Assembly: GCF_050946405.1 (NCBI RefSeq)
Contig: NZ_JBMNUS010000013.1
Coordinates: forward strand, 71,443 to 135,442
Origin: Pseudochelatococcus sp.
GTDB taxonomy: Bacteria > Pseudomonadota > Alphaproteobacteria > Rhizobiales > Beijerinckiaceae
Reading direction: 5' to 3'
DNA length: 64,000 nt
Below are positions 9,775-19,664 of the stretch, in pieces. Position numbers and translations under genes: made by a program. The notes below the pieces were generated by a model. It was not told the DNA's origin. It did no database searches and saw only the letters and a program-made list of their open reading frames with translations. Position 1 is the first letter of the stretch; the number at the start of each line of letters is the position of its first letter.

Positions 9775-11202
9775 ATGAAGAACGCACATCACTTCTACAT
9801 CGACGGCGCCTGGGTTGCCCCTCTGGGCGGGAGCGCGCTCGACGTCATCGATCCGGCCACGGAGCAGCCGTTCGCCTCGATCGCGCTCGGCACGGCGGCC
9901 GACGCCCGGCGTGCCGTCGCCGCCGCCCGCAAGGCGTTCCCAGCCTTCTCACAAAGCCCGCGCGCCGACAGGCTGGCGCTGCTCGAGCGCATCGCGGAAA
10001 TCCTCAAGCGGCGCAACGACGAGATCGGCGACATCATCTCGCGCGAGATGGGCGCTCCCCGGCAAATGGCGCGCGAGGAACAGGCGGGCAGCGGACGCTA
10101 CCATTTCAGGGAAACGATCCGCGCCTTCCGCGATTTCTCCTTCGAATACATGCAGGGTTCCACGCGCATCGTGCATGAGGCGGCCGGCGTCGTGGCCATG
10201 ATCACGCCGTGGAACTGGCCGCTCAACCAGATCGCCTGCAAGGTCGCGCCGGCGCTCGCCACCGGCTGCACGATGGTGCTGAAACCTTCCGAGATCGCAC
10301 CCCTCAACGCCGTGATCTTCGCGGAAGTGCTGGAAGAGGCGGGCGTGCCGCCGGGCGTGTTCAATCTCGTGCACGGCGACGGGCCGACCGTGGGCGCGGC
10401 GCTGTCGAGCGATCCCGACGTCGACATGGTGTCGTTCACCGGTTCCACCCGCGCCGGCATCGCCGTGGCGCACGCGGCGGCGCCCACGGTGAAGCGGGTG
10501 CATCAGGAACTGGGCGGCAAGTCGCCCAACATCGTCCTGCGAAGCGCGCCGTTCGAGGAGGCCGTGCGCGCGGGCGTTCTCAAGTGCTTCGACAATTCCG
10601 GCCAGTCGTGCAACGCGCCGACGCGCATGCTGGTGCCGCAGGAGCGCATGGACGACGCCGTCCGCATCGCCGCCGCCGCGGCGGACGCCCTGCGTGTCGG
10701 CCCGCCCGACGCGGCCGACACCGACCTCGGCCCGGTCGTCAGCCGCGCCCAGTTCGACCGCATCCAGGCGCTGATCGCCAGGGGCATCGAGGAAGGCGCG
10801 GAACTGGCCGCCGGCGGTCCCGGCCGGCCGGTGCACCTCAATGCGGGCTACTACGTCCGCCCGACGGTGTTCGGGCGCGTCACCAATGACATGACCATCG
10901 CGCGGGAGGAGATTTTCGGGCCGGTCCTCTCCATCATCGGCTACGGCGCCACGGAGGAGGCGGTGGCCATCGCCAACGATACGCCCTACGGTCTTGCCGC
11001 CTATGTGCAGGGCGCGCAGGAAGAGGCGCGCTCGCTTGCCCCGCTGCTGCGCGCCGGCGTGGTGCGGCTGAATGCCTCCGCCTGGGACGGCGCGGCGCCG
11101 TTCGGCGGCTACAAGCAATCCGGCAACGGGCGCGAATACGGCCGGTTCGGCCTGCACGAGTTCAGCGAGATCAAGGCCGTCGTCGGCTTCGACGAGGCGT
11201 GA
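9775..11202 (+). CDS. NAD(P)-dependent aldehyde dehydrogenase
   Basis: ALDH family motifs (ELGGKSP, catalytic Cys in SGQSCNAP context). Confidence 0.85.
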   Translation: MKNAHHFYIDGAWVAPLGGSALDVIDPATEQPFASIALGTAADARRAVAAARKAFPAFSQSPRADRLALLERIAEILKRRNDEIGDIISREMGAPRQMAREEQAGSGRYHFRETIRAFRDFSFEYMQGSTRIVHEAAGVVAMITPWNWPLNQIACKVAPALATGCTMVLKPSEIAPLNAVIFAEVLEEAGVPPGVFNLVHGDGPTVGAALSSDPDVDMVSFTGSTRAGIAVAHAAAPTVKRVHQELGGKSPNIVLRSAPFEEAVRAGVLKCFDNSGQSCNAPTRMLVPQERMDDAVRIAAAAADALRVGPPDAADTDLGPVVSRAQFDRIQALIARGIEEGAELAAGGPGRPVHLNAGYYVRPTVFGRVTNDMTIAREEIFGPVLSIIGYGATEEAVAIANDTPYGLAAYVQGAQEEARSLAPLLRAGVVRLNASAWDGAAPFGGYKQSGNGREYGRFGLHEFSEIKAVVGFDEA

Positions 11203-11240
11203 AAACGGCCGGCGACGGGCCATCATCAGGGGAAAGAACG

Positions 11241-12698
11241 ATGCTTGAGCTTCAGGATGCTTCGCTTCTCGTGTCCCGCTGCCTGATCGGCGGCGAATGG
11301 ATCGCGGGGGGCGGCGAGACGGTCGCGGTCGACGATCCGGCGACGGGCGGGATCGTCGGCCATGTGCCGGCCGCCGGGGAAGCGGAAACCGCGCAGGCGA
11401 TAGCCGCCGCCGCCACGGCGCTGAAGGAATGGCGCAAGCGCCCCGCCGCCGAGCGGGCGGCGCTGCTGGAACGCTGGCACGAACTCGTCCTCGCCAATGT
11501 CGAGGATCTCGCGCGCATCATGACGGCGGAGCAGGGCAAGCCGTTGCCGGAAGCGCGGGACGAGATCCGCTATGGCGCGTCCTTCATCAAGTGGTTCGCC
11601 GAGGAGGCGCGCCGCATCCACGGCGGCACGGTGCCCGCGCCCGCGAGCGACCGGCGCATCCTGACGCTGAAGGAGCCGGTCGGCGTCTGCGCCATCATCA
11701 CGCCGTGGAATTTTCCCAACGCCATGATCACCCGCAAGGTGGCGCCGGCGCTGGCGGCGGGCTGCACGGTGATCGTCAAGCCGTCCGAGTTCACGCCCTA
11801 TTCGGCGCTGGCGCTCGGCGTGCTGGCGGAGCGCGCGGGCATTCCCGGCGGCGTGATCAACATTCTCACCGGGCTGCCGCAGGCCATCGGCAAGACCCTG
11901 CTGGACAGCGACATCGTGCGCAAGGTGTCGTTCACCGGCTCCACGCGCGTGGGCTCGCTGCTGATGGCCGGCAGCGCGCCGACGGTCAAGCGGCTGTCGC
12001 TGGAACTGGGCGGCAACGCGCCCTTCATCGTCTTCGACGACGCCGATCTCGATGCCGCCGTCGAGGGCGCGCTGGCGTCGAAGTTCCGCAACGGCGGGCA
12101 GACCTGCGTCTGCGCCAACCGCCTGCTGGTGCACGAGCGCATCTACGACGCTTTCGCCGACAGGCTGGCGCAGCGGGTGAACGCGCTGAAGGTGGGGCCG
12201 GGCTTCGCCGAGGGCACGCAGATCGGCCCCATGATCAACGACGCCGCCGTGGAGAAGATCAACGACCACGTGGCGGACGCGCTGGCGCGGGGCGCCCGCA
12301 ACCTGACGCCGCGGACCGATCTGCCGCAGGGGCGCCGCTACGTCGCGCCCGTGGTGCTCGCCGATGCGGCCGCCGGCATGCGCCTCGCGGATGAGGAAAC
12401 CTTCGGCCCCGTGGCGCCGCTGTTCAGGTTCCGCACCGACGACGAGGCGATCGCCTTCGCCAACGGCACGCCCTTCGGCCTTGCCGCCTACTTCTTCACG
12501 CAGAACCTCAAGCGCGCCTTCACGGTGGGCGAGGCGCTGGAATTCGGCATGGTGGGGCTCAACACGGGCAGCATTTCCATGGCGGTCGCGCCGTTCGGCG
12601 GCGTGAAGCAATCGGGGCTCGGCCGGGAAGGCGGGCGCGAGGGCATCGAGGAATATCTTGAGACGAAGGCGTTCCACATCGGCGGCCTGAACGGCTGA
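11241..12698 (+). CDS. gabD: succinate-semialdehyde dehydrogenase (GabD-like ALDH)
   Basis: ATG 11241 inside ORF 11199..12698; ITPWNFP, ELGGNAP, catalytic Cys GQTCVCANR - strong SSADH-like pattern. Confidence 0.75.
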   Translation: MLELQDASLLVSRCLIGGEWIAGGGETVAVDDPATGGIVGHVPAAGEAETAQAIAAAATALKEWRKRPAAERAALLERWHELVLANVEDLARIMTAEQGKPLPEARDEIRYGASFIKWFAEEARRIHGGTVPAPASDRRILTLKEPVGVCAIITPWNFPNAMITRKVAPALAAGCTVIVKPSEFTPYSALALGVLAERAGIPGGVINILTGLPQAIGKTLLDSDIVRKVSFTGSTRVGSLLMAGSAPTVKRLSLELGGNAPFIVFDDADLDAAVEGALASKFRNGGQTCVCANRLLVHERIYDAFADRLAQRVNALKVGPGFAEGTQIGPMINDAAVEKINDHVADALARGARNLTPRTDLPQGRRYVAPVVLADAAAGMRLADEETFGPVAPLFRFRTDDEAIAFANGTPFGLAAYFFTQNLKRAFTVGEALEFGMVGLNTGSISMAVAPFGGVKQSGLGREGGREGIEEYLETKAFHIGGLNG

Positions 12699-12716
12699 AG
12701 CCTCCACGGAGTTGAG

Positions 12717-13793
12717 ATGAGCGACAGAACTTATGACATCGCGGTGATTCCCGGCGACGGCATCGGCAAGGAGGTGATGCCGGAGGGCGTGCGCGCGCTG
12801 GAAGCCGCCGCGCGCCGCTTCGGCTTCGGCATCAGGCAGACGTGGCACGATTTCGCCAGTTGCGATTACTACGCGAAGCACGGAAGCATGATGCCGGAGG
12901 ACTGGAAGGAGCGCCTGGGCCGCCCGTCCGCGTTGTTCTTCGGCGCGGTGGGCTGGCCGGATACGGTGCCCGATCATGTATCGCTGTGGGGATCGCTGCT
13001 GCAATTCCGCCGCGAATACGATCAATACGTCAACCTGCGGCCGGTACGCCTGATGGAGGGCGTGCCTTGCCCGCTCGCCGGTCGCAAGCCGGGCGACATC
13101 GATTTCTGGGTGGTGCGCGAGAACACGGAAGGCGAGTATTCGTCCGTCGGCGGGCGCATGTTCGCCGGCACGGAGCGCGAGATCGTGTTGCAGGAAACGG
13201 TGATGACGCGCCACGGCGTCGACCGCATCCTGCGCTTCGCCTTCGAGCTGGCCCGGAAGCGCCCGCGCCGGCAACTGACGTCGGCCACCAAATCGAACGG
13301 CATCGCCATCACCATGCCCTATTGGGACGAGCGGGTGGAGGCCATCGGCGCGGAATATCCCGAAGTGGCGCACAACAAGTTCCACATCGATATCCTCACC
13401 GCCAACTTCGTTCTCAAGCCGCAGATCTTCGATGTCGTCGTCGGCTCCAACCTGTTCGGCGACATCCTGTCCGATCTCGGCCCGGCGTGCGCCGGCACCA
13501 TCGGCATCGCGCCGTCCGGCAACATCAATCCCGAGGGCGATCATCCGTCGCTGTTCGAGCCCGTGCACGGCTCGGCGCCGGACATCGCCGGCCGGAACGT
13601 CGCCAACCCGATCGGACAGATATGGTCGGCGGCGATGATGCTCGACCATCTCGGCGAGGCGGAAGCCGCTGCGGCCATCGTGCAGGCCATCGAGGCGGTG
13701 CTGAAGGAGCCCGCCTTGCGCACCCGCGATCTCGGCGGCCGCGCCGATACCGTCACATGCGGCAAGGCGATCGCCGACGCCATCGGCGGATAG
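12717..13793 (+). CDS. tartrate dehydrogenase/decarboxylase (TtuC; isocitrate/isopropylmalate dehydrogenase family)
   Basis: Begins DIAVIPGDGIGKEV, contains NLFGDILSDL motif of beta-decarboxylating dehydrogenases; length and N-terminus typical of TtuC/D-malate DH. Confidence 0.75.
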   Translation: MSDRTYDIAVIPGDGIGKEVMPEGVRALEAAARRFGFGIRQTWHDFASCDYYAKHGSMMPEDWKERLGRPSALFFGAVGWPDTVPDHVSLWGSLLQFRREYDQYVNLRPVRLMEGVPCPLAGRKPGDIDFWVVRENTEGEYSSVGGRMFAGTEREIVLQETVMTRHGVDRILRFAFELARKRPRRQLTSATKSNGIAITMPYWDERVEAIGAEYPEVAHNKFHIDILTANFVLKPQIFDVVVGSNLFGDILSDLGPACAGTIGIAPSGNINPEGDHPSLFEPVHGSAPDIAGRNVANPIGQIWSAAMMLDHLGEAEAAAAIVQAIEAVLKEPALRTRDLGGRADTVTCGKAIADAIGG

Positions 13794-13801
13794 AGCATCG
13801 T

Positions 13802-13831
13802 GCGTTCAAGCCGATCGATCGGCTTGAACGC
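13802..13831. terminator. 30-bp perfect palindrome GCGTTCAAGCCGATC|GATCGGCTTGAACGC (hairpin) right after TtuC stop
   Basis: Read directly: perfect 15+15 inverted repeat 8 bp downstream of stop; no strong U-tract, so may be protein-binding site or terminator. Confidence 0.45.
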
Positions 13832-13930
13832 AAATTGCTCCGGTGTCGGTAAAATATATTTCAAATCAGCAGGATGCGGGACTTCCGCGTTTCGGGAAAA
13901 CGCGGAAGTCCCCTGAACGGGAGAAGCTGG

Positions 13931-14284
13931 ATGAGCAACCTGATCGTGTTCGACCTTGAGAACCTCGGCGCGCCCGAGGAGAGCGAGGCCGCGCCGGAGC
14001 GCCTTGTCGAAGGCCGGCCGACCTACAAGACGTGGGAGAAGGATGTCGTCGACGACGGGCGCATCCGTTCCGGCGTGTGGGAAGCGACGCCCGGCGCCAC
14101 CCGCTCCGTGAAGGGCGAGACGTGGGAGTTCTGCACGATCCTCTCCGGCGTCGTCGAACTGGCGGAAGAGGGCGGCGAGACCCGCCGCCTTGCGGCGGGC
14201 GACACGTTCATCATGCGGCCGGGTTTCGTCGGCGTGTGGCGCACCATCGAGACGGTGCGCAAGCTGTGGGTGATCGTTTCCTGA
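13931..14284 (+). CDS. cupin-domain protein (DUF861/EutQ-like)
   Basis: Small beta-barrel cupin signature G..W....G (GVWEATPGATRS...GETWEF...DTFIMRPG); ATG 13931 chosen inside ORF 13874..14284. Confidence 0.6.
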   Translation: MSNLIVFDLENLGAPEESEAAPERLVEGRPTYKTWEKDVVDDGRIRSGVWEATPGATRSVKGETWEFCTILSGVVELAEEGGETRRLAAGDTFIMRPGFVGVWRTIETVRKLWVIVS

Positions 14285-14388
14285 TACCCGCACGGCCGGG
14301 TTTGCGACCGCGCCGGCCCTGCTCAAGCCCGCGCGCAGGTCATCGGGCCGGATCGCGTCGATCCGGCCCTTTTTCTTCGCCGCGTCGA

Positions 14389-15729
14389 TTACTGTGCGCG
14401 GTTGAGCGCATCGCCGAGGACGGACACGATCTCGCCGATCTGCTCGCGCTCCACGATCAGCGGCGGCGACAGCGCGATGATGTCGCCGGTGACGCGGATC
14501 AGCACGCCCCGGTTGAGGCAGTCGATGAACACGTCATACGCGCGCGCGCCGGCGGCGCCGGGGCGGGAGGAAAGCTCGATGCCCGCGACGAGGCCGAGGA
14601 CGCGGATGTCGATGACGTTCGCGGCGCTCTTCAGGCTGAAGATCGCCTCCTGCCATTCTTCCGCGAGGCTCGCGCCGCGCGTCAGCAGGCCCTCGTCGGC
14701 GTAGATGTCGAGCGTCGCGATGCCGGCGGCGCAGGCGGCGGGGTGGCCCGAATAGGTGTAGCCGTGGAAAAGCTCGATGGCCGCCTCGGGGCCGGTCATC
14801 AGCGCGTCGTGCACCTTCCGCTGCACGAACACGGCGCCCATCGGAATGGTGCCGTTGGTCAGGCCCTTGGCGGTCGTCACGATATCCGGCGTGACGCCGA
14901 AGTAGTCCGTGGCGAAGGGCGTGCCGAGACGCCCGAAGCCGGTGATCACCTCGTCGAAGATGAGCAGGATGCCGTGGCGCGTCGCGATTTCGCGCAGGCG
15001 CTCCAGATACCCCTTCGGCGGCGGCAGCACGCCCGCCGACCCCGCGAGCGGCTCCACGATGACGGCGGCGATGGTTTCCGCGCCGTGCAGCGCCACCAGC
15101 CGCTCGAGATCGTCGGCCAGTTCCGCGCCGTGCTCGGGCAGGCCCTTCGTGAAGGCGTTGCGGGCGGGGTCATGGGTGTGGCGCAGATGGTCGGCGCCCG
15201 GCAGCAGCGGAAACACGCGCCGGTTGTTGACCAGCCCGCCGACCGAAAGGCCGCCGAAGCCGACGCCGTGATACCCGCGCTCGCGGCCGATGACGCGCGT
15301 GCGCGTGCCCTGCCCGATGGCGCGCTGGTAGGCGATGGCGATCTTCAGCGCCGTGTCGACCGATTCCGAGCCCGAATTGGTGAAGAAGATGCGGTCGAGC
15401 TGCGCGTCCGCGCCGCCCGGCGCGACGGCGGCGAGGCGCTCGGCGAACTCGAAGGCGATCGGATGGCCCATCTGGAACGAGGGGGCGTAATCGAGCGTGG
15501 CGAGCTGGCGCTCCACCGCCGCCGTGATCTGCCGCCGCCCGTGACCGGCGTTGACGCACCACAGGCCGGCCGTGCCGTCCAGCACGCGGCGGCCGTCGAC
15601 CGTGGTGTAGTGCATGCCCTCCGCCGCGGCCAGCAGGCGCGGCGCCTTCTTGAATTGCCGATTGGCGGTGAAGGGCATCCAGTAGTTGTCGAGGGACGGC
15701 GTGTTCGGCCTGTCGGCGGCGGTCGTCAT
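14389..15729 (-). CDS. omega-amino acid:pyruvate aminotransferase (class III PLP; beta-alanine-pyruvate transaminase BauA-like)
   Basis: Start MTTAADRPNT...SLDNYWMPFTANRQF (BauA-like N-terminus) at 15729 within longer ORF 14389..16452; PLP lysine region DIVTTAKG; class III AT motifs. Confidence 0.85.
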   Translation of the reverse strand: MTTAADRPNTPSLDNYWMPFTANRQFKKAPRLLAAAEGMHYTTVDGRRVLDGTAGLWCVNAGHGRRQITAAVERQLATLDYAPSFQMGHPIAFEFAERLAAVAPGGADAQLDRIFFTNSGSESVDTALKIAIAYQRAIGQGTRTRVIGRERGYHGVGFGGLSVGGLVNNRRVFPLLPGADHLRHTHDPARNAFTKGLPEHGAELADDLERLVALHGAETIAAVIVEPLAGSAGVLPPPKGYLERLREIATRHGILLIFDEVITGFGRLGTPFATDYFGVTPDIVTTAKGLTNGTIPMGAVFVQRKVHDALMTGPEAAIELFHGYTYSGHPAACAAGIATLDIYADEGLLTRGASLAEEWQEAIFSLKSAANVIDIRVLGLVAGIELSSRPGAAGARAYDVFIDCLNRGVLIRVTGDIIALSPPLIVEREQIGEIVSVLGDALNRAQ

Positions 15730-15966
15730 GATGAAAGCTCCTCTGGCGGTTTTTCCCGTGGCGGGTGCAGGCAGCGTAATCACGGTTATGATTTGCCAAC
15801 AAGTCCTTTTCTGATGACTGATAACACGTTGAAATATATGGTGGTGCGCGTGGCCGTGTTTCGGTTTTCGAAACGGCTGCAACGCCGGAGGCTTTTCGGT
15901 CTGACGCGTTTTTCTCGCGCGGAGCGGCATCCGCTTCGCTTGGAAACGCTTTATCGCGGGGAGGGA

Positions 15967-16518
15967 ATGTTGATCGACGATCTCGGCGGCCGGCTGCGCT
16001 ACGTCCGCACGCTTCACAATCTGTCGCAGCGGGAACTCGCCAAGCGGGTCGGCGTCACCAATTCCACCATCTCGCTGATCGAATCCAACACCAGCAACCC
16101 CTCGGTGGGCGCGCTGAAGCGCATTCTGGACGGCATCCCGATCAGCCTCGCGGACTTTTTCGGCCTTGAGCCGGCCGCGCCGAAGAAGGCGTTCTACCGC
16201 GAGGACGAGATGGTCGAGATCGGCAAGGGGCCGATATCCTACCGGCAGATCGGCGAGAACCTCGTGGGCCGCGCCATGCAGATTCTCAGGGAGCGTTACC
16301 AGCCCGGCGCGGATACAGGGGTGATTCCGCTGGTTCACGACGGCGAGGAAGGCGGCGTCGTTCTCAGCGGGCGGCTGGAGGTGACGGTGGACGGCGAGCG
16401 GCGCATTCTCGGCCCCGGCGACGCCTATTACTTCGAAAGTCGCCGCCCGCACCGCTTCCGCTGTCTCGGTCCCGTGCCGTGCGAGGTCGTGAGCGCCTGC
16501 ACGCCGCCTACATTCTAG
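15967..16518 (+). CDS. XRE-family HTH regulator with C-terminal cupin sensor domain (PuuR-like)
   Basis: HTH LSQRELAKRVGVTNSTISLIE plus C-terminal cupin (GVVLSGRLEVTVDGE...GDAYYF); ATG 15967 preceded by GGAGGG; only the last 183 aa of ORF 14032..16518 are credible. Confidence 0.8.
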   Translation: MLIDDLGGRLRYVRTLHNLSQRELAKRVGVTNSTISLIESNTSNPSVGALKRILDGIPISLADFFGLEPAAPKKAFYREDEMVEIGKGPISYRQIGENLVGRAMQILRERYQPGADTGVIPLVHDGEEGGVVLSGRLEVTVDGERRILGPGDAYYFESRRPHRFRCLGPVPCEVVSACTPPTF

Positions 16519-16566
16519 AGCGCGCTCCGTTCAAACGGAGAAGGAGTTTCCGGCGAGGCAGCCGGC

Positions 16567-17034
16567 TCATGTTCCGCGTCCGCGGGCGCGGGCGGCGAGC
16601 GCGTTGCGGATCGCGAAGCTCGAATGGATGCGCGACACGCCGGGCAGCGTCGACAGGATTTCGGTGTGAACGCGCTCGAACGCGGCGGCGTTCTCCACCT
16701 CCAAGCGCAGCAGGTAGTCGGCCGAACCCGTCATCAGATAGCACTCGCGAATCTCGGGATGCTTGCGCACCGCCGTCTCGAAACGGGCGAGATAATCTTC
16801 CGTCTGCCGCTCCAGCGTGATGTTGACGATGACGGCCATGGTGGCGTCCGGCAGCGCGTGGTCGATGATGGCCGTGTAGCCGCGAATCACGCCGCTGTGT
16901 TCGAGCTGCCTGATCCGCCGCAGGCAGGCGGAAGGCGACAGGCCGACTTCCCCGGCGAGTCTCGCGTTGCTCATGCGCGCGTCGAGACGCAGCAGGCGAA
17001 TGATGTTGCGGTCGACGGTGTCCAGGCCAGTCAT
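16567..17034 (-). CDS. Lrp/AsnC-family transcriptional regulator (DadR-like, divergent from alr-dadA)
   Basis: MTGLDTVDRNIIRLLRLDARMSNARLAGEVGLSPSACLRRIRQLE HTH_AsnC + RAM domain; divergent arrangement typical of dad loci. Confidence 0.85.
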   Translation of the reverse strand: MTGLDTVDRNIIRLLRLDARMSNARLAGEVGLSPSACLRRIRQLEHSGVIRGYTAIIDHALPDATMAVIVNITLERQTEDYLARFETAVRKHPEIRECYLMTGSADYLLRLEVENAAAFERVHTEILSTLPGVSRIHSSFAIRNALAARARGRGT

Positions 17035-17197
17035 GCAATAACCTTCCAATTCATCGTTTATTATTGCATGGAATTTCCATTGTTGAAACGATCGTGTGCA
17101 GTTTGCGCATCCATTGCGCGATCGTTGCGGTAGGCTCAATGCCGTTTCGCGGGGCTGCCCTTCGGGGTGGGCGCGGCCCTGCGCCGGGGGTGTTTTT

Positions 17198-18346
17198 ATG
17201 GTCGAAGACGTTTCTCCTGCCGTTGCGCGGCAGATATCCTGCGGCATCCTGACGGTCGATCTCGACGCGCTGGCGCGCAATTATCGCGCGCTGCGCGAGC
17301 GGCTCGCGGGCGTCGCCGCCGGGGCCGTCGTCAAGGCGGATGCCTATGGTCTCGGCGCGGAACAGGTCGCGCCCGTGCTCTATGATACCGGCTGCCGCGA
17401 CTTCTTCGTCGCCCATCTCGGCGAGGCGCTCGCGCTGCGGCCGGCACTGGATGATGACGCGCGGCTCTACGTATTGAACGGCCTGCTGCCGGGAGCGGAG
17501 AACCTGTGCGCCGACGCCGGTATCGTGCCCGTTCTCAACACGCCCGAGCAGGTGGCGAACTGGGCGGCGACGGCGCGGGCGCGCGGCCGGGAACTGCCGG
17601 CGGTGCTCCAGTTCGATACCGGCATGTCGCGGCTCGGGCTCTCCGGCGGCGAGGCGCAGGCGCTCGCGGCCGATCCCGCGCGGCTCGCCGGCGTGCGCGT
17701 CGCTTATCTGATGAGCCATCTCGCCTGCGCCGACGAGCCCGACAACCCGCAGAACGCCGATCAACTCGCGGCGATGCGCCGTTTCGCCGCCCTCTTTCCG
17801 GGGGTGCCGCCGTGCTTCGCCAATTCCGGCGGCATCTTTCTCGGCGCGGATTATCACGGCGCGCTGGCGCGCCCCGGCATCGCGCTCTACGGCGGCGCGC
17901 CGGCGGCGGGCGACGTCAACCCGATGGAACCGGTCGTGCGGCTCGACGTGCGCGTGATCCAGACCCGCACGGTGCCCGCCGGCGCCCGCGTCGGCTACGG
18001 CGGCGCCCACGTCACGGCGGGCGAAACGCGCCTCGCCACGATCGCGGCGGGTTATGCGGACGGCCTCTCCCGCCACCTCGGCGGTCGCGGCGCGGTTTAC
18101 GTCGACGGCGTGCGCCTGCCGATCGCCGGGCGCGTGTCGATGGACAGCATCACCGTCGACATATCGGCGCTGCCGCCGGGAACGTTGACGACCGGCAGCC
18201 TCGTGGAAGTGATCGGCCCGCATCAGACGCTGGAAGACGTCGCGGAAGCGGCCGGAACCATCGCCTACGAAATTCTGACCGCCCTCGGGTGGCGCTACCA
18301 TCGCGACTACGTTCGGACAGCGGAAAAAAACAGGGGAACCGCATGA
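17198..18346 (+). CDS. alr: alanine racemase (catabolic, DadX-like)
   Basis: PLP-binding N-terminus [10 protein letters not shown] (Lys in AVVKADAYG), racemase C-terminal beta domain; ATG 17198 within ORF 17096..18346. Confidence 0.85.
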   Translation: MVEDVSPAVARQISCGILTVDLDALARNYRALRERLAGVAAGAVVKADAYGLGAEQVAPVLYDTGCRDFFVAHLGEALALRPALDDDARLYVLNGLLPGAENLCADAGIVPVLNTPEQVANWAATARARGRELPAVLQFDTGMSRLGLSGGEAQALAADPARLAGVRVAYLMSHLACADEPDNPQNADQLAAMRRFAALFPGVPPCFANSGGIFLGADYHGALARPGIALYGGAPAAGDVNPMEPVVRLDVRVIQTRTVPAGARVGYGGAHVTAGETRLATIAAGYADGLSRHLGGRGAVYVDGVRLPIAGRVSMDSITVDISALPPGTLTTGSLVEVIGPHQTLEDVAEAAGTIAYEILTALGWRYHRDYVRTAEKNRGTA

Positions 18347-19602
18347 ACATCGTCATTCTCGGCGCGGGCGTGATCGGCGTCACCTCCGCCTATTATCTCG
18401 CCAGGGCGGGCCACAAGGTGACGGTGCTCGACCGCCAGCCCGGCCCGGCGCTCGAAACGAGCTTCGCCAACGCCGGCGAGATATCGCCCGGCTACGCCGC
18501 GCCATGGGCCGCGCCGGGCATTCCGCTCAAGGCGCTCAAGTGGCTGTTCATGACGCATGCGCCGCTGGTGATCCGCCCGCTGCCGGCCCTTGCCGCGTGG
18601 CGCTGGATGTTCGCCATGCTGCGCGAGTGCTCCGATGAGCGCTACAAGATCAACAAGGGGCGGATGGTGCGCCTGGCGGAATACAGCCGCGATTGCCTCA
18701 TCGTGCTGCGTGAGGAAACCGGCATCGCCTATGATCACCGCACGCAGGGCACCTTGCAGGTCTTCCGCACGCAAAAGCAGTTCGACGGCATCGCCAAGGA
18801 CATCGCGGTGCTGAAGGCGGACGGCGTGCCGTTCGAGGTGCTGGATGCGGCGGGCTGCGTCGCGGCGGAACCCGGCCTCGCGGGGGCGCGGGAGAAGATC
18901 GTCGGCGGCCTGCGCCTGCCCCACGACGAAACCGGCGATTGCTTCAAGTTCACCAACGAACTGCACCGGATCTGCGAGGGGCTCGGCGTCACGTTCCGCT
19001 TCGGCGTCGACATCCGCCGCCTGCGGGTGGCGGGCGGGCGCATCGCCGCCGTCGAAACGGCGGCCGGCGACGTCACCGCCGATGTTTTCGTCGCCGCGCT
19101 CGGCAGCTACGCGCCGGCGCTGCTCGCGCCGCTCGGCCTGCGCCTGCCGGTCTATCCGGTGAAGGGCTACTCGATCACGCTGCCCGTTGTCGACGAGGCC
19201 CGCGCGCCGGTTTCCACGGTGATGGACGAGACCTACAAGGTGGCGATCACGCGGCTCGGCGACCGCATCCGCGTGGGCGGCATGGCGGAGATCGCCGGCT
19301 TCAACCTCGATCTGCCGCCGGCGCGGCGCGCCACCCTCGAACATTCGGCCGAAGACCTTTTCGGCGGCGCGGGAGACCGGCAGCGGGCGACCTTCTGGAG
19401 CGGCCTGCGGCCGATGACGCCGGACGGCACGCCGGCCATCGGCCCGACGCGCTACGCGAATCTCTTCCTCAACGCCGGCCACGGCACGCTCGGCTGGACC
19501 ATGTCCTGCGGTTCGGGCCGCGTGTTGGCCGATCTCGTCGGGGGAACGAAGCCCGATATCGAAACGGCGGACCTCGCGCCCGGCCGCTACGAATCGCGCT
19601 GA
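18343..19602 (+). CDS. dadA: D-amino acid dehydrogenase small subunit
   Basis: [34 protein letters not shown] motif; DadA family length; ATGA overlap with alr stop. Confidence 0.85.
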   Translation: MNIVILGAGVIGVTSAYYLARAGHKVTVLDRQPGPALETSFANAGEISPGYAAPWAAPGIPLKALKWLFMTHAPLVIRPLPALAAWRWMFAMLRECSDERYKINKGRMVRLAEYSRDCLIVLREETGIAYDHRTQGTLQVFRTQKQFDGIAKDIAVLKADGVPFEVLDAAGCVAAEPGLAGAREKIVGGLRLPHDETGDCFKFTNELHRICEGLGVTFRFGVDIRRLRVAGGRIAAVETAAGDVTADVFVAALGSYAPALLAPLGLRLPVYPVKGYSITLPVVDEARAPVSTVMDETYKVAITRLGDRIRVGGMAEIAGFNLDLPPARRATLEHSAEDLFGGAGDRQRATFWSGLRPMTPDGTPAIGPTRYANLFLNAGHGTLGWTMSCGSGRVLADLVGGTKPDIETADLAPGRYESR

Positions 19603-19664
19603 CGCAGCCGGAATGTCCCTTCGTTACGATTGAAATGTAACGGCCGTTGCATTATAGGGGTGCC

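Noticed and set aside
11226-13649. 807-aa minus-strand ORF (and 9949..11226, 7687..9792, 6305..7555, 3660..5228, 1887..3200 on the minus strand)
   Set aside because: These are antisense to the consecutive, motif-rich plus-strand catabolic genes (ALDH, SSADH, TtuC, GMC, permeases, oxidase). They are composition-driven with no family resemblance.
14032-16518. 828-aa plus-strand ORF covering the cupin gene, antisense of the aminotransferase, and the PuuR-like gene
   Set aside because: Only the last 183 aa (from ATG 15967, with SD) are a coherent XRE-cupin protein. The upstream 640 aa are Arg/Gly/Asp-rich read-through across a divergent intergenic region and the antisense of a clear class III aminotransferase.
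17506-19602. 698-aa ORF implying an alr-dadA fusion or long DadA
   Set aside because: The first 280 aa are in the wrong frame relative to alanine racemase and are Arg-rich. DadA starts at ATG 18343 with the FAD-binding GxGxxG at its N-terminus.
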